A stretch of 63,632 bases of DNA, the filler included, from Basidiobolus ranarum (taxonomy: Eukaryota), in assembly GCA_040143965.1 (NCBI GenBank). It is 10 parts of 10 records of this genome, joined end to end, with 100 filler letters (N's around TTAATTAATTAA, not from the genome) between each part and the next. Parts side by side here need not be neighbours in the genome. Positions count along the whole stretch, not along the records: positions 38,273 to 44,542 come from JASJQH010008234.1; positions 44,643 to 50,908 come from JASJQH010008235.1; positions 51,009 to 57,271 come from JASJQH010008236.1; 7 more parts are not named here. One strand, 5' to 3'. Below are positions 38,173-51,949 of the stretch, one piece after another (the stretch's first letter is position 1; the number at the start of each line of letters is the position of its first letter). The translations under genes and the position numbers were made by a program. Under the pieces are notes generated by a model. That model saw only the letters and a program-made list of their open reading frames with translations. It was not told the origin of the DNA and did not search any database.

Positions 38173-38272
38173 NNNNNNNNNNNNNNNNNNNNNNNNNNNN
38201 NNNNNNNNNNNNNNNNTTAATTAATTAANNNNNNNNNNNNNNNNNNNNNNNNNNNNNNNNNNNNNNNNNNNN

Positions 38273-38854
38273 GGTTTAGAGATTCATTACAATCCCAGTA
38301 AGCCAGGTGGTTCTCGTCTGATAAAGGTTTTCGTCACCAAGCGTGAGACTGAGGGATCATCCGAAAAAAGTGCCGCTTCATTGGTTAAAGAGCCATTAGA
38401 AATGGATAAAGTTTACCAGGTTGCGACTAGAAACTACATGGCGGAGGGATATGACGGATTTCAGGCGCTTAAACGTAGTAAGGTTATAGTAGACGAAGAG
38501 AATGGAATGCTCATGAGTGTGATGTTCAGACGCTACTTCCTTGGACTCAAATATATCAATGCCATGAAATTCAAAGATCAATATCCCGGGTGTGAGAAAA
38601 ACCGAGAGCCCAAAGATACTCTACAGAGGGCAGTTGATGCTTTTAGGAGTCAGTTACATAAGCGCCATGATCGACCAGAAAAGATTAACAGGCATTTAAA
38701 AGAAGCTATGAATTGGACCCAACCTTCTATGTCTACTAAGGGTGTTTTTGTACATTCCGGATTCTGCGATCACAAATCTAAACGCGACATTATTAAGGAT
38801 TGGGCTACGGTTGGTCCTCAGATAGAAGGTCGAATTGTCGAAGTTAGCGACTAA
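38273..38854 (+). CDS. 5'-nucleotidase family protein, C-terminal part
   Basis: GLEIHYNPSKPGGSRLIKV...PLEMDKVYQVATRNYMAEGYDGF and terminal GPQIEGRIVEV. Confidence 0.85.
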   Translation, partial: GLEIHYNPSKPGGSRLIKVFVTKRETEGSSEKSAASLVKEPLEMDKVYQVATRNYMAEGYDGFQALKRSKVIVDEENGMLMSVMFRRYFLGLKYINAMKFKDQYPGCEKNREPKDTLQRAVDAFRSQLHKRHDRPEKINRHLKEAMNWTQPSMSTKGVFVHSGFCDHKSKRDIIKDWATVGPQIEGRIVEVSD

Positions 38855-39005
38855 AACCGTTGTCAACATTAGCGAGCATTCTTCATTTTCAGTTAAATTT
38901 TTATTGTTGTCGTTCATGCAAGAAATAACAGATGGATACCTATGCCTCAACTAGTGAGGATTTAGACAAATCTATTATTTTCATTTATATATGCAAGGTA
39001 AGTGT

Positions 39006-39733
39006 TCAAGCTTTGACCAAAGTAGCTTCTAGGTGATGTTGAAGGGGCTTTTCTTTCGTGGCCATAGCGAGTTTGTAATGTAATTGATTTTTGTTCAAGT
39101 CTAAAATAAAGGTCCTGAGAGTTTGTGACAAGTTGGAATTAGTTCATGGTTTGTCAGATATTTGAGGGAGTGTAAATATAAATCTAGAATACCTTGCAAA
39201 TTCAGTAACATAGGGTTTGGTGGCAGAAGTGGTACGTAAAATATTTTCCGAGGATTTTAACTCGAGAGTTAATTCGCCTTTATCTTCGTCAAACTTGGCA
39301 TAGCCCTCTTCAATCGTGACAGTTCCTAAAAAAATGATGTTCGTATAAGATATTTTTTTGCATAAACTAAAAAGATAAAACCTGAAGTTTGAGCAATAGC
39401 GAGCTCGAAGCGCTGTTCGTCCTCGGGATCGGTCATTTTTGGTGCACGTAAGTAGCCCATTTCTCCGTGCATTGGTTTAGTTGCATCCTTAACGCTGCAT
39501 GTTTTCTGTCTATTCCACACGGCAGTGAAAGTGTAAATTATTCTATATCTTTTAATAGTAGAAATATATTGAAGTACAACTTACACGTAGGTTAAAAAAG
39601 GCTTGGCTCCAACTGTACTAAAAGTAACTTCCTCTAAATACTCAAAAGGGGTGATTCCTGGATATACACCTTTTCCTTGGCCTTTCCAAGTGCCAACTAA
39701 GGGTAAAATACGCTTTAATGTCGGTGCTGACAT
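39006..39733 (-). CDS. Nitrobindin / THAP4-like heme-binding beta-barrel (DUF1794), multi-exon
   Basis: LPLVGTWKGQGKGVYPGITPFEYLEEVTF...KPFLTY, KPMHGEMGYLR, C-terminal PLQHHLEATLVKA*. Confidence 0.9.
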
Positions 39734-40631
39734 GATGTTCGTCTTGTTAGAAAATGTCGACACAACAAATTCCGCGGGGTAAATGTAAAAGTCATGATTT
39801 AGCCGATTTCGATCACATGATGATATTAGTCACATTATGTGTAAATCAGTGCGCACACTTCAGATGGCATTGCTGATTATATATTCGAATACCCGCGCAA
39901 ATAGTATTTGTTTACTACAAACCATAGCTAGCTACATGATTAGCTAGTGATTAATTACCACTCCAGAACCTTTGCCAAGTCTCATTCTGTGTAAGTTGTT
40001 GCGTATGCTGTATCGTTACATCCATTTCAAATCCTGTCCCTAGTTCATCAAGTGTTATCAATTAATTGAAATCGGGTTTCGGCCGGAAACTGAGTTTTGA
40101 ACTGGAATATCCGTGTCAATCAGGATTTATGTTTACTTAACTAACTAGTCGAATAGCCTTGAAGTTATACTTAATGAATTATATTGTTGTTGAAAATACT
40201 GTTTTCCAATTAACAATTGCTCTTTTGAGATACTGAATGGAGGAGGGAACAATATATTAACTGTGTAATGGACAGACACGGATGGCTTGGAAATATTCCT
40301 TTTTTACTACACATTATTGATACCCCTTTATTTACGGCTATTACTACCGTCAATAGTCCAAACATACTCTAACTTGCCTGTATTTGTGGCTTATATCTTT
40401 TCTTCTCCGTAACCCCTTCACATTGCGTCCCCTTTACGTTTCATCCACCCTTTGTTATTTCGAAGTTGACGCACGAGACTCAGAACTGTCAATAGTACCC
40501 TTGATACAAGATCTACGTGCGTGTCTACTAAAATACGGTAATGAACTTCAATCTCCAAATTCAACTGTCACCATCACTATTTCTCATTCTTTTATAAATA
40601 GGACTCTGTAATTTACAATAATTGACTAGCT

Positions 40632-42584
40632 ATGACTGGTAATGAGCCTATTAACTTGGCCGACGTTTCTACATCGTCCGGTAGCTATGGACGTTGGATA
40701 GTTTTAGGGTTAAGCGCCTTCTCTCTAACTGGAAACTACTTTGTAAGTAGATGGTTTCATACCTCTGAAGCTCGAGATTTTACTCATTCTAAGTTTATTA
40801 TCCAGGCTTATGACATGCCAGCCGCCTTAAACGGGCAGCTAATGGATTATTTAGGCTTCGATTATTACGACTGGCAATATTATCTGGCCATGATGTATGT
40901 AGTGTATTCTATCCCCAACATTTTCTTGCCCTTTGCTATAGGACCACTTATTGATATTCATGGTACATACATCACTCTATCTCAATATATGACTAGAACT
41001 AATATCCCAATTCTCTTCTAGGAACTCGAAAAGTTTTTCTTGCACTTTCTGGAGTAGTTATAATTGGTCAGCTTCTGTTCACTATTGGGCTGATAATGCA
41101 GATGCTTCCTCTTATACTCCTCGGTCGTTTGTTCCTGGGTATTGGGGGAGAATCATTAGGTGTTGCCCAGGCCCGGATTACCTACCATTGGTTTAATATC
41201 AAAGAGCTTGGTTTTGCACTTGGAATAAACCTATGTTTCGCACGATTAGGTTCTGTATTTAACGACTTTATCAGTCCATACATAGCTGAAAGATATGGTG
41301 GTGTCAATTCTGCCTCATGTTTTGCGCTGCTGATGTGCTTTATCTCTGGAATTTGCGCATTTTTTTTTATCTTGGCAGACTATGCTGGTGAACTTCGAGT
41401 CAAGATGAAAATCCGACAGAGGTTGTTTGTGAGTATCCCGGGAAACAAGCGATTCAGTGGCCAACTCATTGGTATTCCTGAAAATGGGAATATACGTAGT
41501 AGTTATTTTTCTGTGGTTTCTGAAGGTTCTTCTCGTCCAGGTGATCGTCTAGAGCAGCCTATGAAGTTCTCGGACATCTATCGCTTCCCAACTGAATTCT
41601 GGGTTCTCTGCGTTGTAATGGTTTGGTAAGCTATTTGGATCATACTCACTTGGACTGTATACAGTAATTAATGGGTCTTCATTGTAGCTTTTACGGTTCA
41701 ACCATCCCATTCATCAATATTGGTAAGTGGAGGTTTCTTTTGCTTCGGTAACGATGTGCGCCAAACTAACTGAGTTCTCTCATAATAGGTTCGGATTTAT
41801 TACAGAAAAAATGGCTTGGACCAGATCCAATTACTGCTGGTGCCCTTCTCTCAATTCCTGACCTAGTATCTACTCTACTCTTGCCTTTCTCCGGGTTTTT
41901 GATGAATTTTCTTGGCTGTCGTATGCTGATCATGATTGTCTGCGCCGGTACAATTGGTTTTGTGCACTGGTCCTTTGCCCTTACTTCATGGTCCCCAATA
42001 CCTGGATTAGTAGGTCTAGGTTGCATGTCAGCTATTTACGCTTCAGTAAGTAAAAACGCCCTCTTTCCTAACCGCTGCGTACATTATTTAACACTCTCTT
42101 TCTTTAGTTCTTTTGGCCTACGATCTCCCTTTTTATTGAAGAAAGCTACATCGCGACTGCATATGCTGTAGCTACCGCATTCTTGAACACGTTTCTTTGC
42201 TTTGCTCCGTTGATCGTCGCCTCACTTGTGGCTCAAGACCCGCAATACGTCTGGGTAGAAACATTCTTTGGTTTTCTCGTTTGCGCAGGATTGGTTGGTT
42301 TGCTTGCTCTTTGGCTCATCGACTCTTGGTGGGGAAGCAGTATTCTATCTAGATCTATGTGTAGCCAAAGCCCCTTCCAGGATGAACCTGACTTTTCAGA
42401 TACTGACGACGAATATTATGAGGAAACAGAAGAGGTTTATGGTGATCCAGAAGTAAATGCTGATACCATACATAGCAACAATAGCTATTTTGAAAATCGA
42501 ATAAATTCCGGAACTTGGCGTCGAGAAAAGGCACCCCTTATTCGAACTGCGGACCACCCGATCATTTATGGTGCAGCATTATAA
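40632..42584 (+). CDS. MFS transporter, MFSD1-like, 6 exons
   Basis: GNYFAYDMPAAL, YVVYSIPNIFLPF, GRLFLGIGGESLGVAQ, WFNIKELGFALGINLCFARLGS; five GT-AG introns. Confidence 0.9.
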
Positions 42585-43383
42585 TTGGAACATACTAATG
42601 ACAAATAATTTTGGAGTAGGGTTCATTAATATCCTAAAATTAAGCGGAACCTTACGAAGATGGAAATCAGTCGATTATCTGTAAGCGAACGAGCATCCCA
42701 TACCGTTAATCTCCTTTGGATCGATAATTTGATAGAATCGCCTTACTTTTCTGTACGTTACGCCCTACTCCACCCCACTTTTATCTTTTTGAATAATCTC
42801 CCGTTCTTGTTCATTTTTTGCTCACATACACACCTGTAATAAGCTTTGTCCCCCTATAATACCTTGAGATGCCCCGCTGTGTTGTATATTCACCATCATA
42901 CCCTTGTTATTGGTCTTGTCCATATGGAAAAGTTTTCAATGAAATAATATTGGCTTTATTTGCAAGTAGAATTGATGAAACGCGACGTATGTATACCATG
43001 AGGTTGATTCCCATAGGGTGATAATTGAAGGGGTGGGAAGGGAAGGGAAGAGCAAGTATCGAATTTCATCCAAGATAGAATCCATTGATAGCATGAACCA
43101 AGTGGCAAAAACCAAATCATGATAGAATTGAAGGGTTTTCATGGCCATTCAAAGTATGATTTAATACGATACAAATATATGAACCATTATATTCTCATTC
43201 GTTTGAGAATTGCTCAAAATAAGAAAAGATACGAACAAGGAAAATCTTCCCTCCATTAACAAAACCTAAAATAATATAAAAGTGGAGGTCAGATGTTTCA
43301 CAAATACATGAATTAAAGAAGACAAGGTAGGTCGGTAATATATAAGAAATCTTTCTTTTCCAACGAAGCTGAATAAAACTACT

Positions 43384-44128
43384 TTAACATTCACTAAGCT
43401 TTTGGAAAATGGGAAGGCGACAAGCTCTATTGTATAGAGAGGCAGTATCCTCTTGATAAGCATACTTCTCGGAGGAGAAACCGTCATTTTTGGATGGTAG
43501 GTAAGGTGTAGTCAGCTGAGAAGGCTGTACCTCAAAAACATCAGAGTTAGCCCACCACAAAGTAGCCGTATTGGTAGTGGAAGTCGGTGAACATTCTGCA
43601 TAGAAATTCTCCAAACTATCAACATCGCTGAAGTTCCCATCAGATGGATCTGTATCTGAAGATGACGAAGAGATGTGAATAAAGCAACATCTTTGGCCAT
43701 ACGGACAGGACCCTTGCTCCCAAAATGCTTTGCACAAGAGGGTTTTGTATTTTGGGTGACGCATTACTGGACGTAACTCCTGTTCTCCATGAGCAAATTG
43801 ACATTTTGTACCATAGCTTATGGTTATTACAATAATTAGTGAAAATTCATTCCAAGGTATTATCAATGCTAGCTTACCGGCATGTGGCAGTCTCCTCAAA
43901 GCTACGACATAACTCGGTCTTATAAAGTACTACCATTTTATTCATGCGCCTTCCTTCTCTCTTACGACCGTTCGACTGGTGTTTCTGTTCTGGATAAGAA
44001 TATTCATTGACTTCAAAAGAGATGGGTAAGTTTTAGAGAGTAAAAATAGAAAACCATGAGTAGTCGTTACCGTTCCCGCCAGCCCATTCAGTGTTGATCC
44101 ATGTGACTTCGGAGCTATTGGTAGTCAT
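43384..44128 (-). CDS. Tandem CCCH zinc-finger mRNA-decay protein (TTP/ZFP36/Cth family), 3 exons
   Basis: [27 protein letters not shown] and [27 protein letters not shown]-terminal RLPIFQKLS. Confidence 0.92.
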
Positions 44129-44642
44129 GATTTGGTAGATATTTCAAATGAAGAAATATGGAGGCGAGGTAGTTGGAATATATATAGAGAGATCTGGAGG
44201 TGCTTTGACTCTTGAAGCAATCATCTAAACTTCGACTCAGTGTTGATCTTTGTTAAGGGTTGGATAAAATCAATTTGGCTTTCAGGGCAGAATTTGCATT
44301 TCCACAACGCCATACGATACAATACGCTTTGAGTGGTTTGTTTATCTTTGATTGTGTAAGAGAATCAAATAAACGAGAATCAAATCAATGCTGCTTGATG
44401 TGATTTCTATTAATTAGAGTTGAAACAACGCTTTTGACATTCAAGTTGAAGGATTTGGTTTGATTGTGTGATGCTATGATTGTATCTTTCCATGTTATGC
44501 CGTGTAACTGTGATCATCTTTTGGGATCATCAATGATCATACNNNNNNNNNNNNNNNNNNNNNNNNNNNNNNNNNNNNNNNNNNNNTTAATTAATTAANN
44601 NNNNNNNNNNNNNNNNNNNNNNNNNNNNNNNNNNNNNNNNNN

Positions 44643-44799
44643 GTGTTAGTTTTCTGTATTTCCACAAAATTGTATAAATGCTTTATTTCTGGACAATAAA
44701 TAATTATCTCACAAAGCTATTCACAACTCCACTTTTCTAAAGTTCCTCCCAATCTACTGTTTATTATTTCGACTTGTTTATTTTTCTAGACACTACCCC
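44643..44799 (+). repeat. Short repeat element (MITE-like); inverted copy at 49269-49377
   Basis: About 110 bp reverse-complement match; ACACTACCCC at 44790-44799 is complementary to GGGGTAGTGT at 49379-49388. Confidence 0.7.
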
Positions 44800-47030
44800 C
44801 CCCCCTCCACCTCATCAATCTATTTTGTATAACCCGCATTACAAACGAATAAATGCATAGCCTTCATGAAGAAATCTAGATACAAGGGTGACTAAATGGT
44901 ATGGGAGCCAGCGATTGTACGACCGCAGTGGCCCTTGTTATATTTGAGGCCAATCATCTAGTGATAATGTGGTTTTTGGCCATAACCGGCATGGAAGAGA
45001 TTCATCCATTTTAGAAGCCACCTGATCACCCCCAAGATCTCTATCAATGATTCCAAAGATTTTCCATAATTACAATCTGAATCATGATCATGATCCAGAT
45101 CTAACAAATCATCGAGATCTTACAATCCCTTCCCCTAAAACCCAAGATAGTGGTGAATGGCATCACAATGGCGAGGGAAGTAATCTTTCACATAGCAGTG
45201 AGTCTAGGATTCAGTACACTTTTTACTCTCAGTCCAGCAGAAAGATGCAACCTAGTAGTTTCACGCTACTTCCCAGACTATTTTGGGATTTCATGTTTAT
45301 GTACCTATGTCACCTAGGGCCATCACGTCACCAAAATGGAATCTCATATTCGGGATGGGTTACACCGGATTATTACAACTTCAGTAAAACCATTGGTAAT
45401 GAAGGTTGCTGGAATATACTACTCAAATAGCAAGGTTCGTACCTTAGCGGAGGCTCTCCATAAACTGACGGGATTGCTGTACGTATATATTATCCTTTGT
45501 CAAGGATGTTCTACATGTGCCAACCGGGTACTACTAAATTGACCATCACTTACGAAACCTGCACCACATCAAAATATCACAAGGACAGCACGGAGTTTAT
45601 GTCACATCTACATTGCAAACACATGAGCAATCATTGTTTCTCTTGGTTGACTCAAAGTTGACATAATAATTAAATCCATTGATGAATGGACTCTCATAAT
45701 TTTAATACTGATTTTGTGTATATTGACTTGCTAAATATTATTCCACGAATACTAAGCCACAATGAATCCTCTCTCTACGGATAGATTATGAAATCGGAAC
45801 TTGATAGAAAATCCCAACCTCAAAATTAACCAATCAGCACGAAGACCTCCTAAACATTGAGCTTTTACTTCCCCACGATGTCTGCTTCAAGACATGATTC
45901 ATCAAAATGGGAAAAGGTGATTTCCGAATCGATCCCGTGGGTTCGATTAATCGGTTTTTACGAGTGTCCATTGGCTAATCATGAAGTCCTCCACTCCTAA
46001 ACAGGAATTGAATATGGATATATGACAATTTACCTAAATCAGCGTTCCGTGTAATATACTTGGATACCTGACGTTACATTTACGGGAATGAATTCTCCAT
46101 GCTTGGCAGATCAGATGAAAAGCACTTTACAAATGGAAATTCTTCATCCATTGGTCTAATTTTCATCAAAAGGGGATGAAGAAACGAGGACATTATTATG
46201 TCATTTATGACTGTTACGAGCTGCCACATGGCATGGTCGGACTGTTACATAGAAGCCACGTTTTAGCGAAAGCTAAATTTGGATTTCTCAGCAAAGCAAG
46301 CTGATTTGATCTCTTTATGGGATAAGGTAACCAGGGTCAGGCCAGGTACTCTACCAAATTTGACCTAACCATGAATTCCTGGCCCAAATTGTGAATACGG
46401 GGCATCCTTGATGCATGAGCTTCATGTAAGTTCTTTGTGCAAAGTCAGAATTGATACAGCTTGAGTTTCAAGCAGCTACAATGATGGTAGGATCAGTGTT
46501 TCACTCTAGACTACCGTTTTGCGTTGGTTCAAATCCAATGACCTCCATCAGAACATCTCTGCTATATTCTGTGATACGGAGTTGATGTGTTCCGTTGTAC
46601 AGCGCCGACTAAAGCAAAATTCAATCATTGAATCCTACCCACTTACCATTCACTGTATAGACTGATTCTAATCTGCTACTCCGATTAAATAGTGACTTAA
46701 GCTGCCTTTTAGTCAAGATTGGGGAATCGGAAAGCTTCCCTCCTTCCCCATGCGATTGAAGTCACTATTTAGATCAGTGTCGCATCATTGCCGCGCCTAT
46801 GATCTTCAATGGAAGTGGAAGCGTTGCCGATGCTTCATTTGTCCACTGGATTTTCCAAATCCGGTCACTCCATTCGCCAACACCCATATGAAAAATCGAT
46901 TCCAATTCGTATTACAAATTGCGAATCCAAAAGATAGAGCTTGAGGTTGAATGATGAGAGTCTTATACGCAGTAGCGCGATTGCTGACTTTAGGTAGATT
47001 ATTATTCAATTGCTCTCAGATACTCCGTGA

Positions 47031-47054
47031 GTAGTAGTAGTAGTAGTAGTAGTA
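47031..47054. repeat. (GTA)8 microsatellite
   Basis: Direct reading of the sequence. Confidence 0.9.
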
Positions 47055-49268
47055 GGGCCAAGTCAGGCGCATCATACGTGTAATATTTCAAATTCCAGAA
47101 ACCCCTGTAATATTCTCATATGGCAGCGTTATCCTTACTTCCAATCAATCTCAATCCATATCCATTGAAAGTGCTTTAGTGGTGCTGGTGCGGCGTACCA
47201 TGATTACCCATATATCTTAGATGACTAAGAAAGTCAAATACAGATTAGGTTCCTTTGGGAACAAGTGGGCATGGGTTGGAAACATTTGTCTATCTACTAT
47301 ATTGCCAATGAAAACTTCTATCTGATTGGTATTTACTGTAATGAAATGTGATTTCCTATCTACGTGAGTAAACACATATTTGCTGACATGGCATCGACAC
47401 ATATCATGTTCATGAAATGGCTGATATGAGTATGTATGGCGCAAGCTCAAGATCGTTTCCACTTTCAATTGGGAGTAATACTTTCTGTTTCCATAGTGCT
47501 TTGATTATCATATTTACTTTTCTATTAAGCACTTCGTTTCTTACAACTTAATTGCTACATCTGATTGGATGGACATATCTCTAGTCAAATATACTAATAT
47601 TCATTGAATAGTGCTGTATTTGATACGTGTAATTTAACCGAAATGTATTTGAATCTCTAACTCATGTAAATAATTCAGGAAGTTCAAAAGAAATCAGCAC
47701 TGAAGGTTACTTTGCGTTTACTTTCATCCACAATGATTGATCATTTTTCGTACCAGCTTGCGTACTGGTGTGACTTTGAATAGCAAAGTAATTACACTTT
47801 TTCGTAAGCTAAAGTTGGATTTCTCTTGCTCATCAATTTTACACTGAATTGTGGTCTATACATATTTGCTCAGTTAGTATATCAGCTTTATGCATCACGT
47901 TGTACCATGTATCTCTCCTTCCAACAGGCAAGTACCGATTTGAATTTAAAATTCCAGTGTATATGTCAAGTATATTTGGATAATACTGAATTTAGGAACA
48001 AAATAGAGTCCCAGTAGAAAATTTCAATAGGCACTAAGATTGCGATACAATTTCCAAACAATGTCAACTGATCTAGCAGCTAGGACCGGACAATTTTTGT
48101 ACTCATATATATGCCTATACTTGTATATTGATATAAGAGATGGGAGTATTTCTAAGCCTATTCTGCATATCCACTGACTTGCATATGCTATTTGTATCGA
48201 GAATCTTATACAACTACTACTGATTCTCCGAACACAAGGTTATATCTTGTATTCTGCATTTTAACAAATGTGTACAACCCTATTATATCAGGTCAATACA
48301 TAACAATCTCTCTGGCCAATAACAACCCTATATTCCAAAGTACCTTGCGTAAGCCAAAATATTTCCAGCAAACGCTTTCTTTGATCACGAATAGCTATTT
48401 ATTGTTAGTTAATCCACATCTTTAAAGTGTATATAAACTATATTGTTTTCCAAAGTTCATATTGCATATTAGGATTTATAAGTAAGCAGTATTGTCTGAC
48501 AAGGAGGCTGCTAGTTCAAATTCTGCTACAACATACATCATTTTTATTTGAAAAACTTTGAATTAACTTATATACTGAGTTTTCTACACATCATCACACA
48601 GATTTCAAATATGTATATAATATTCCAGATTAGGTATGTCAAGTTTAATATCTTAGAGTTGCCCAGATCAATCTTATTTTGGCTTATATCAATCTAGCAG
48701 ATATTACAATTTAGATTTGATTGCACCTAATGACTCCTAAAACCAATCTGGTCATAACAAGTAATGATTCCTGGTCAGATCAGCACTCATCAGAGCTGGC
48801 CACATGCTCCGACTAGAGTTGGGTTGCAGCCCTTTTCAAGTAAGGGGAAATTTTTTGATTTGTTATAAGAAATAAATATATAGTAGGCTGAAATATTGCT
48901 CTGATGATATATGCAGTAAAACAGTAAGTTAAACAAAATAGAGTGATACATGCTCAACAACTGCCATATCTCTAACCATTTGGACAATACGCTGCAGCAA
49001 TTTTAAACATGTAGTGACTTTTATGATTTGTTACTCAATCAAGTAGAAGTTGTAAGCTGCTTATATTTATAAAAGTGGCTCACCTTGCAAATATTAATAT
49101 ATACATGGGTCATAACTTGAATATTTTGTGCCTTACAAAATTCTTGCCAAATAACAATAGCACTCAATGGTCCAAATGTCAGCCAATTATATTATGTAAC
49201 CAGATGTTATAATTTTTAATGTTGCAACTAGTCATATTCCCATATGTTATTGGGAAAATATGGGCTGT

Positions 49269-50750
49269 TTGGAGGAACTTTAGAAAAGTGGAATTGTGAA
49301 TAGCTTTGTGAGATAATTATTTATTGTCAAGAAATGAAGCATTTATACATTTTGGTAGACATACAGAAAACTAACACTGGGGTAGTGTTCAGAACATCTG
49401 TGGGAGTAAAATGAGCTATCTTTGGGGCAATTTAGACAAGTTTGAAATTTCCAATATGGGATTACTTATTTTCACATTATTCACATATATATATAATATA
49501 TGCTTCAATTTGCAGTTAAGTGATATTTGACTAAGTAATGTTAACTAATGTATATGTGATATATGAAATAGGTAGGTGAATAAAGATAGAGATAATAAAT
49601 ATGATAAAGACAATAAACTTGAACAGATTTGTCTAATGAGAAAGCATCCAGAGCCAATGCAAATTTGTAATCATATGTGTTCTCAAAGAAACCTTGACTT
49701 TACTGATCCTAGTAGTTATATCTATCAAGTATATTGGTAATACAATAAGTTACATGGTGAGTACTTTGGTACCAGATCAATGATCTATATTTGAGTGATT
49801 CTATCAAAACTTTAAGATAAGGAATCAATTGTAGATAAGCCAAATATGAACAATATTTACCTGTTTCAGTGATGGTTAATTGTGTACCAACAGTACATGA
49901 CTTCAGGTTTTTAAGATCACTGCTGAAAGCAAAACAACCATTTGGGAAATGAAAGTAGTATCTTCTTCTGGCATGTGGCCATCAGTACTGGAATAACCAT
50001 GGTCTGCATATAGTAGTATATCCTCAGAGTTTTCTGGACTTAATGGTTCAGCCAAACTTGCACTTCTTCCTAATTCATTCTGGTCTGTGATAACTCCACA
50101 TTATCTTGACTTTCAGAGGTGTTACCAAAACTTTGAGGTATAGACTGCCAATGGACTCAGTGGGCAAAACTGAAGTTGTTTTTACACACTGATTGCTCTT
50201 GATACTCACCAGGCTTTGGGAAGCTGATGGCTTTATATAGTGACCATGCTTGTGCTTATTTTCTCTAGGAAGCCTCTTACTTTCATAGCACAAGAGTTTG
50301 TGACAATGAAAGCAAGTCTTCTTTAAATATTGGTGCTGGGGCATGAAATGGATATTGTAGAAAAGAACACCCTCTATGTAAGGGTGGTATTTTAGGTATA
50401 TGTCAGCAATATCATCAGCTGATTCTGAGAAGGTGTCACAGATGGGTCATTGGGGGATTTACAAGATATTTCCACTAATGGATGGCAAGTTTGGTTTATT
50501 TTTAGTTGTTTCTTAGCAATTTCATTACACCAAGTTTACCATCTGAATATTTCAATGTCATTGAAAAAGCATACAAATTCTCCATCAAAGTTGGATTCTA
50601 AACAAAAGCCTGATTGCACAAGAGGAAAAAAACCAGCAAGAACAGAAGACTTAATTGACAAGCAGTCTGGCAATCCACTATCCATATTGGAAGGCACTAA
50701 CATGCCCTAGCAAAAATAAAATCAATTTGATCTGGATTGGATCCACCCTC
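49269..50750. mobile_element. CpG-depleted decayed repeat/transposon region
   Basis: Contains the inverted copy of the 44643 repeat and a GGGGTAGTGT terminus-like motif; CG is essentially absent; no intact ORF. Family not identified. Confidence 0.5.
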
Positions 50751-51008
50751 CAAAATAGCAAAACCATCAGAGAACCGTCACAGTATTGCTGGCTTGCATT
50801 CTGCCGGGGATTTTGATTGTGTGATGGCAGCTTCTTGATGGTATCTTGATGGTATTCATACATGTTAAAATATTGATCCTCAAATTTGGCATGCGTTATT
50901 CAATCACCNNNNNNNNNNNNNNNNNNNNNNNNNNNNNNNNNNNNNNNNNNNNTTAATTAATTAANNNNNNNNNNNNNNNNNNNNNNNNNNNNNNNNNNNN
51001 NNNNNNNN

Positions 51009-51610
51009 CCTTTATGAAATCCCTTGACCTTTACTGTGATAAAACCGGGCCCAACTACAATGCTTATATGAATGAGGCTATGGAATGTATGGGTGCCTGT
51101 CCACAGGCTGAACTTGATGGATTTATGAAGAATTTCAGACCTGTCTGTAACTGGTACGGAGAAGTAGCTGGTAAAGATACTACTACTAATGCGTTAAACA
51201 AGTCAAGTTCAAGTGCAATCTCACCCACCAGTAATCAAGAGTCCCAAACTCCCGTTCAATCAGCGAGTACTTCAGCCACCACTAACCAAGATTCTCAAGT
51301 TCCTGCCCCGACAGGTTCAGCTGGAACTTCAGGTACCACTAGCCAAAATTCTCAAACTCCCACCCCGACTGCGTCAGTAATGCCATCTGGTAATTCGGCT
51401 AGCATTAACCAGAGCTCGCAAAAATATGTCTCGATCAATTCAGCTATTATCTCAGCTACCACTAATCAAAGCTCTCAAACTCCTTCCACAGTCAGACCAG
51501 TAGACCCTAAGGCATCGCAAAATAACCCAAATTCTGCCGCTATCACTCTACACACCAGCGGTATGCTAGTCCTAGGAAGTCTCTTCGTAGTTTTTATCGC
51601 TCGATTTTAA
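51009..51610 (+). CDS. Probable GPI-anchored surface protein, 3' part
   Basis: Cys-containing segment, then S/T/Q-rich repeats (S-x-T-T/S-N-Q-x-S-Q-x-P), then omega-like NS and hydrophobic tail LVLGSLFVVFIARF. Confidence 0.8.
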
Positions 51611-51949
51611 AGCGATAGTTATAATGTTTGCATAAAAGTATGCAGTTTCTAACTCTCGAGACCGTTGAATAAATCACACTTTTCAAACTATTTACTAGTA
51701 TGAATACTTCGTAAATATTATTGCTAGGTGTGGCTGTATATCTATGATCGAAAAGGTAATTATTTAGAACGCCCTGTTGTCATATTCATTTCAGTGGAGC
51801 CATGGCAACCTCAATAGTCACAATAACATAATATATCACCAACTTTAGCCGAAGATATATTTTCACCGGGATTTTCAGAAGGAAACTCGTGCATATCGAA
51901 TGAGAAGGATGGGGATTTCCAAAGTTACTTTTGGTTCAGTTAATACCCT

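Noticed and set aside
43100-43383. Autoregulatory AU-rich elements in the CCCH gene 3' UTR
   Set aside because: The region is U-rich, but I found no clear UAUUUAU heptamer.
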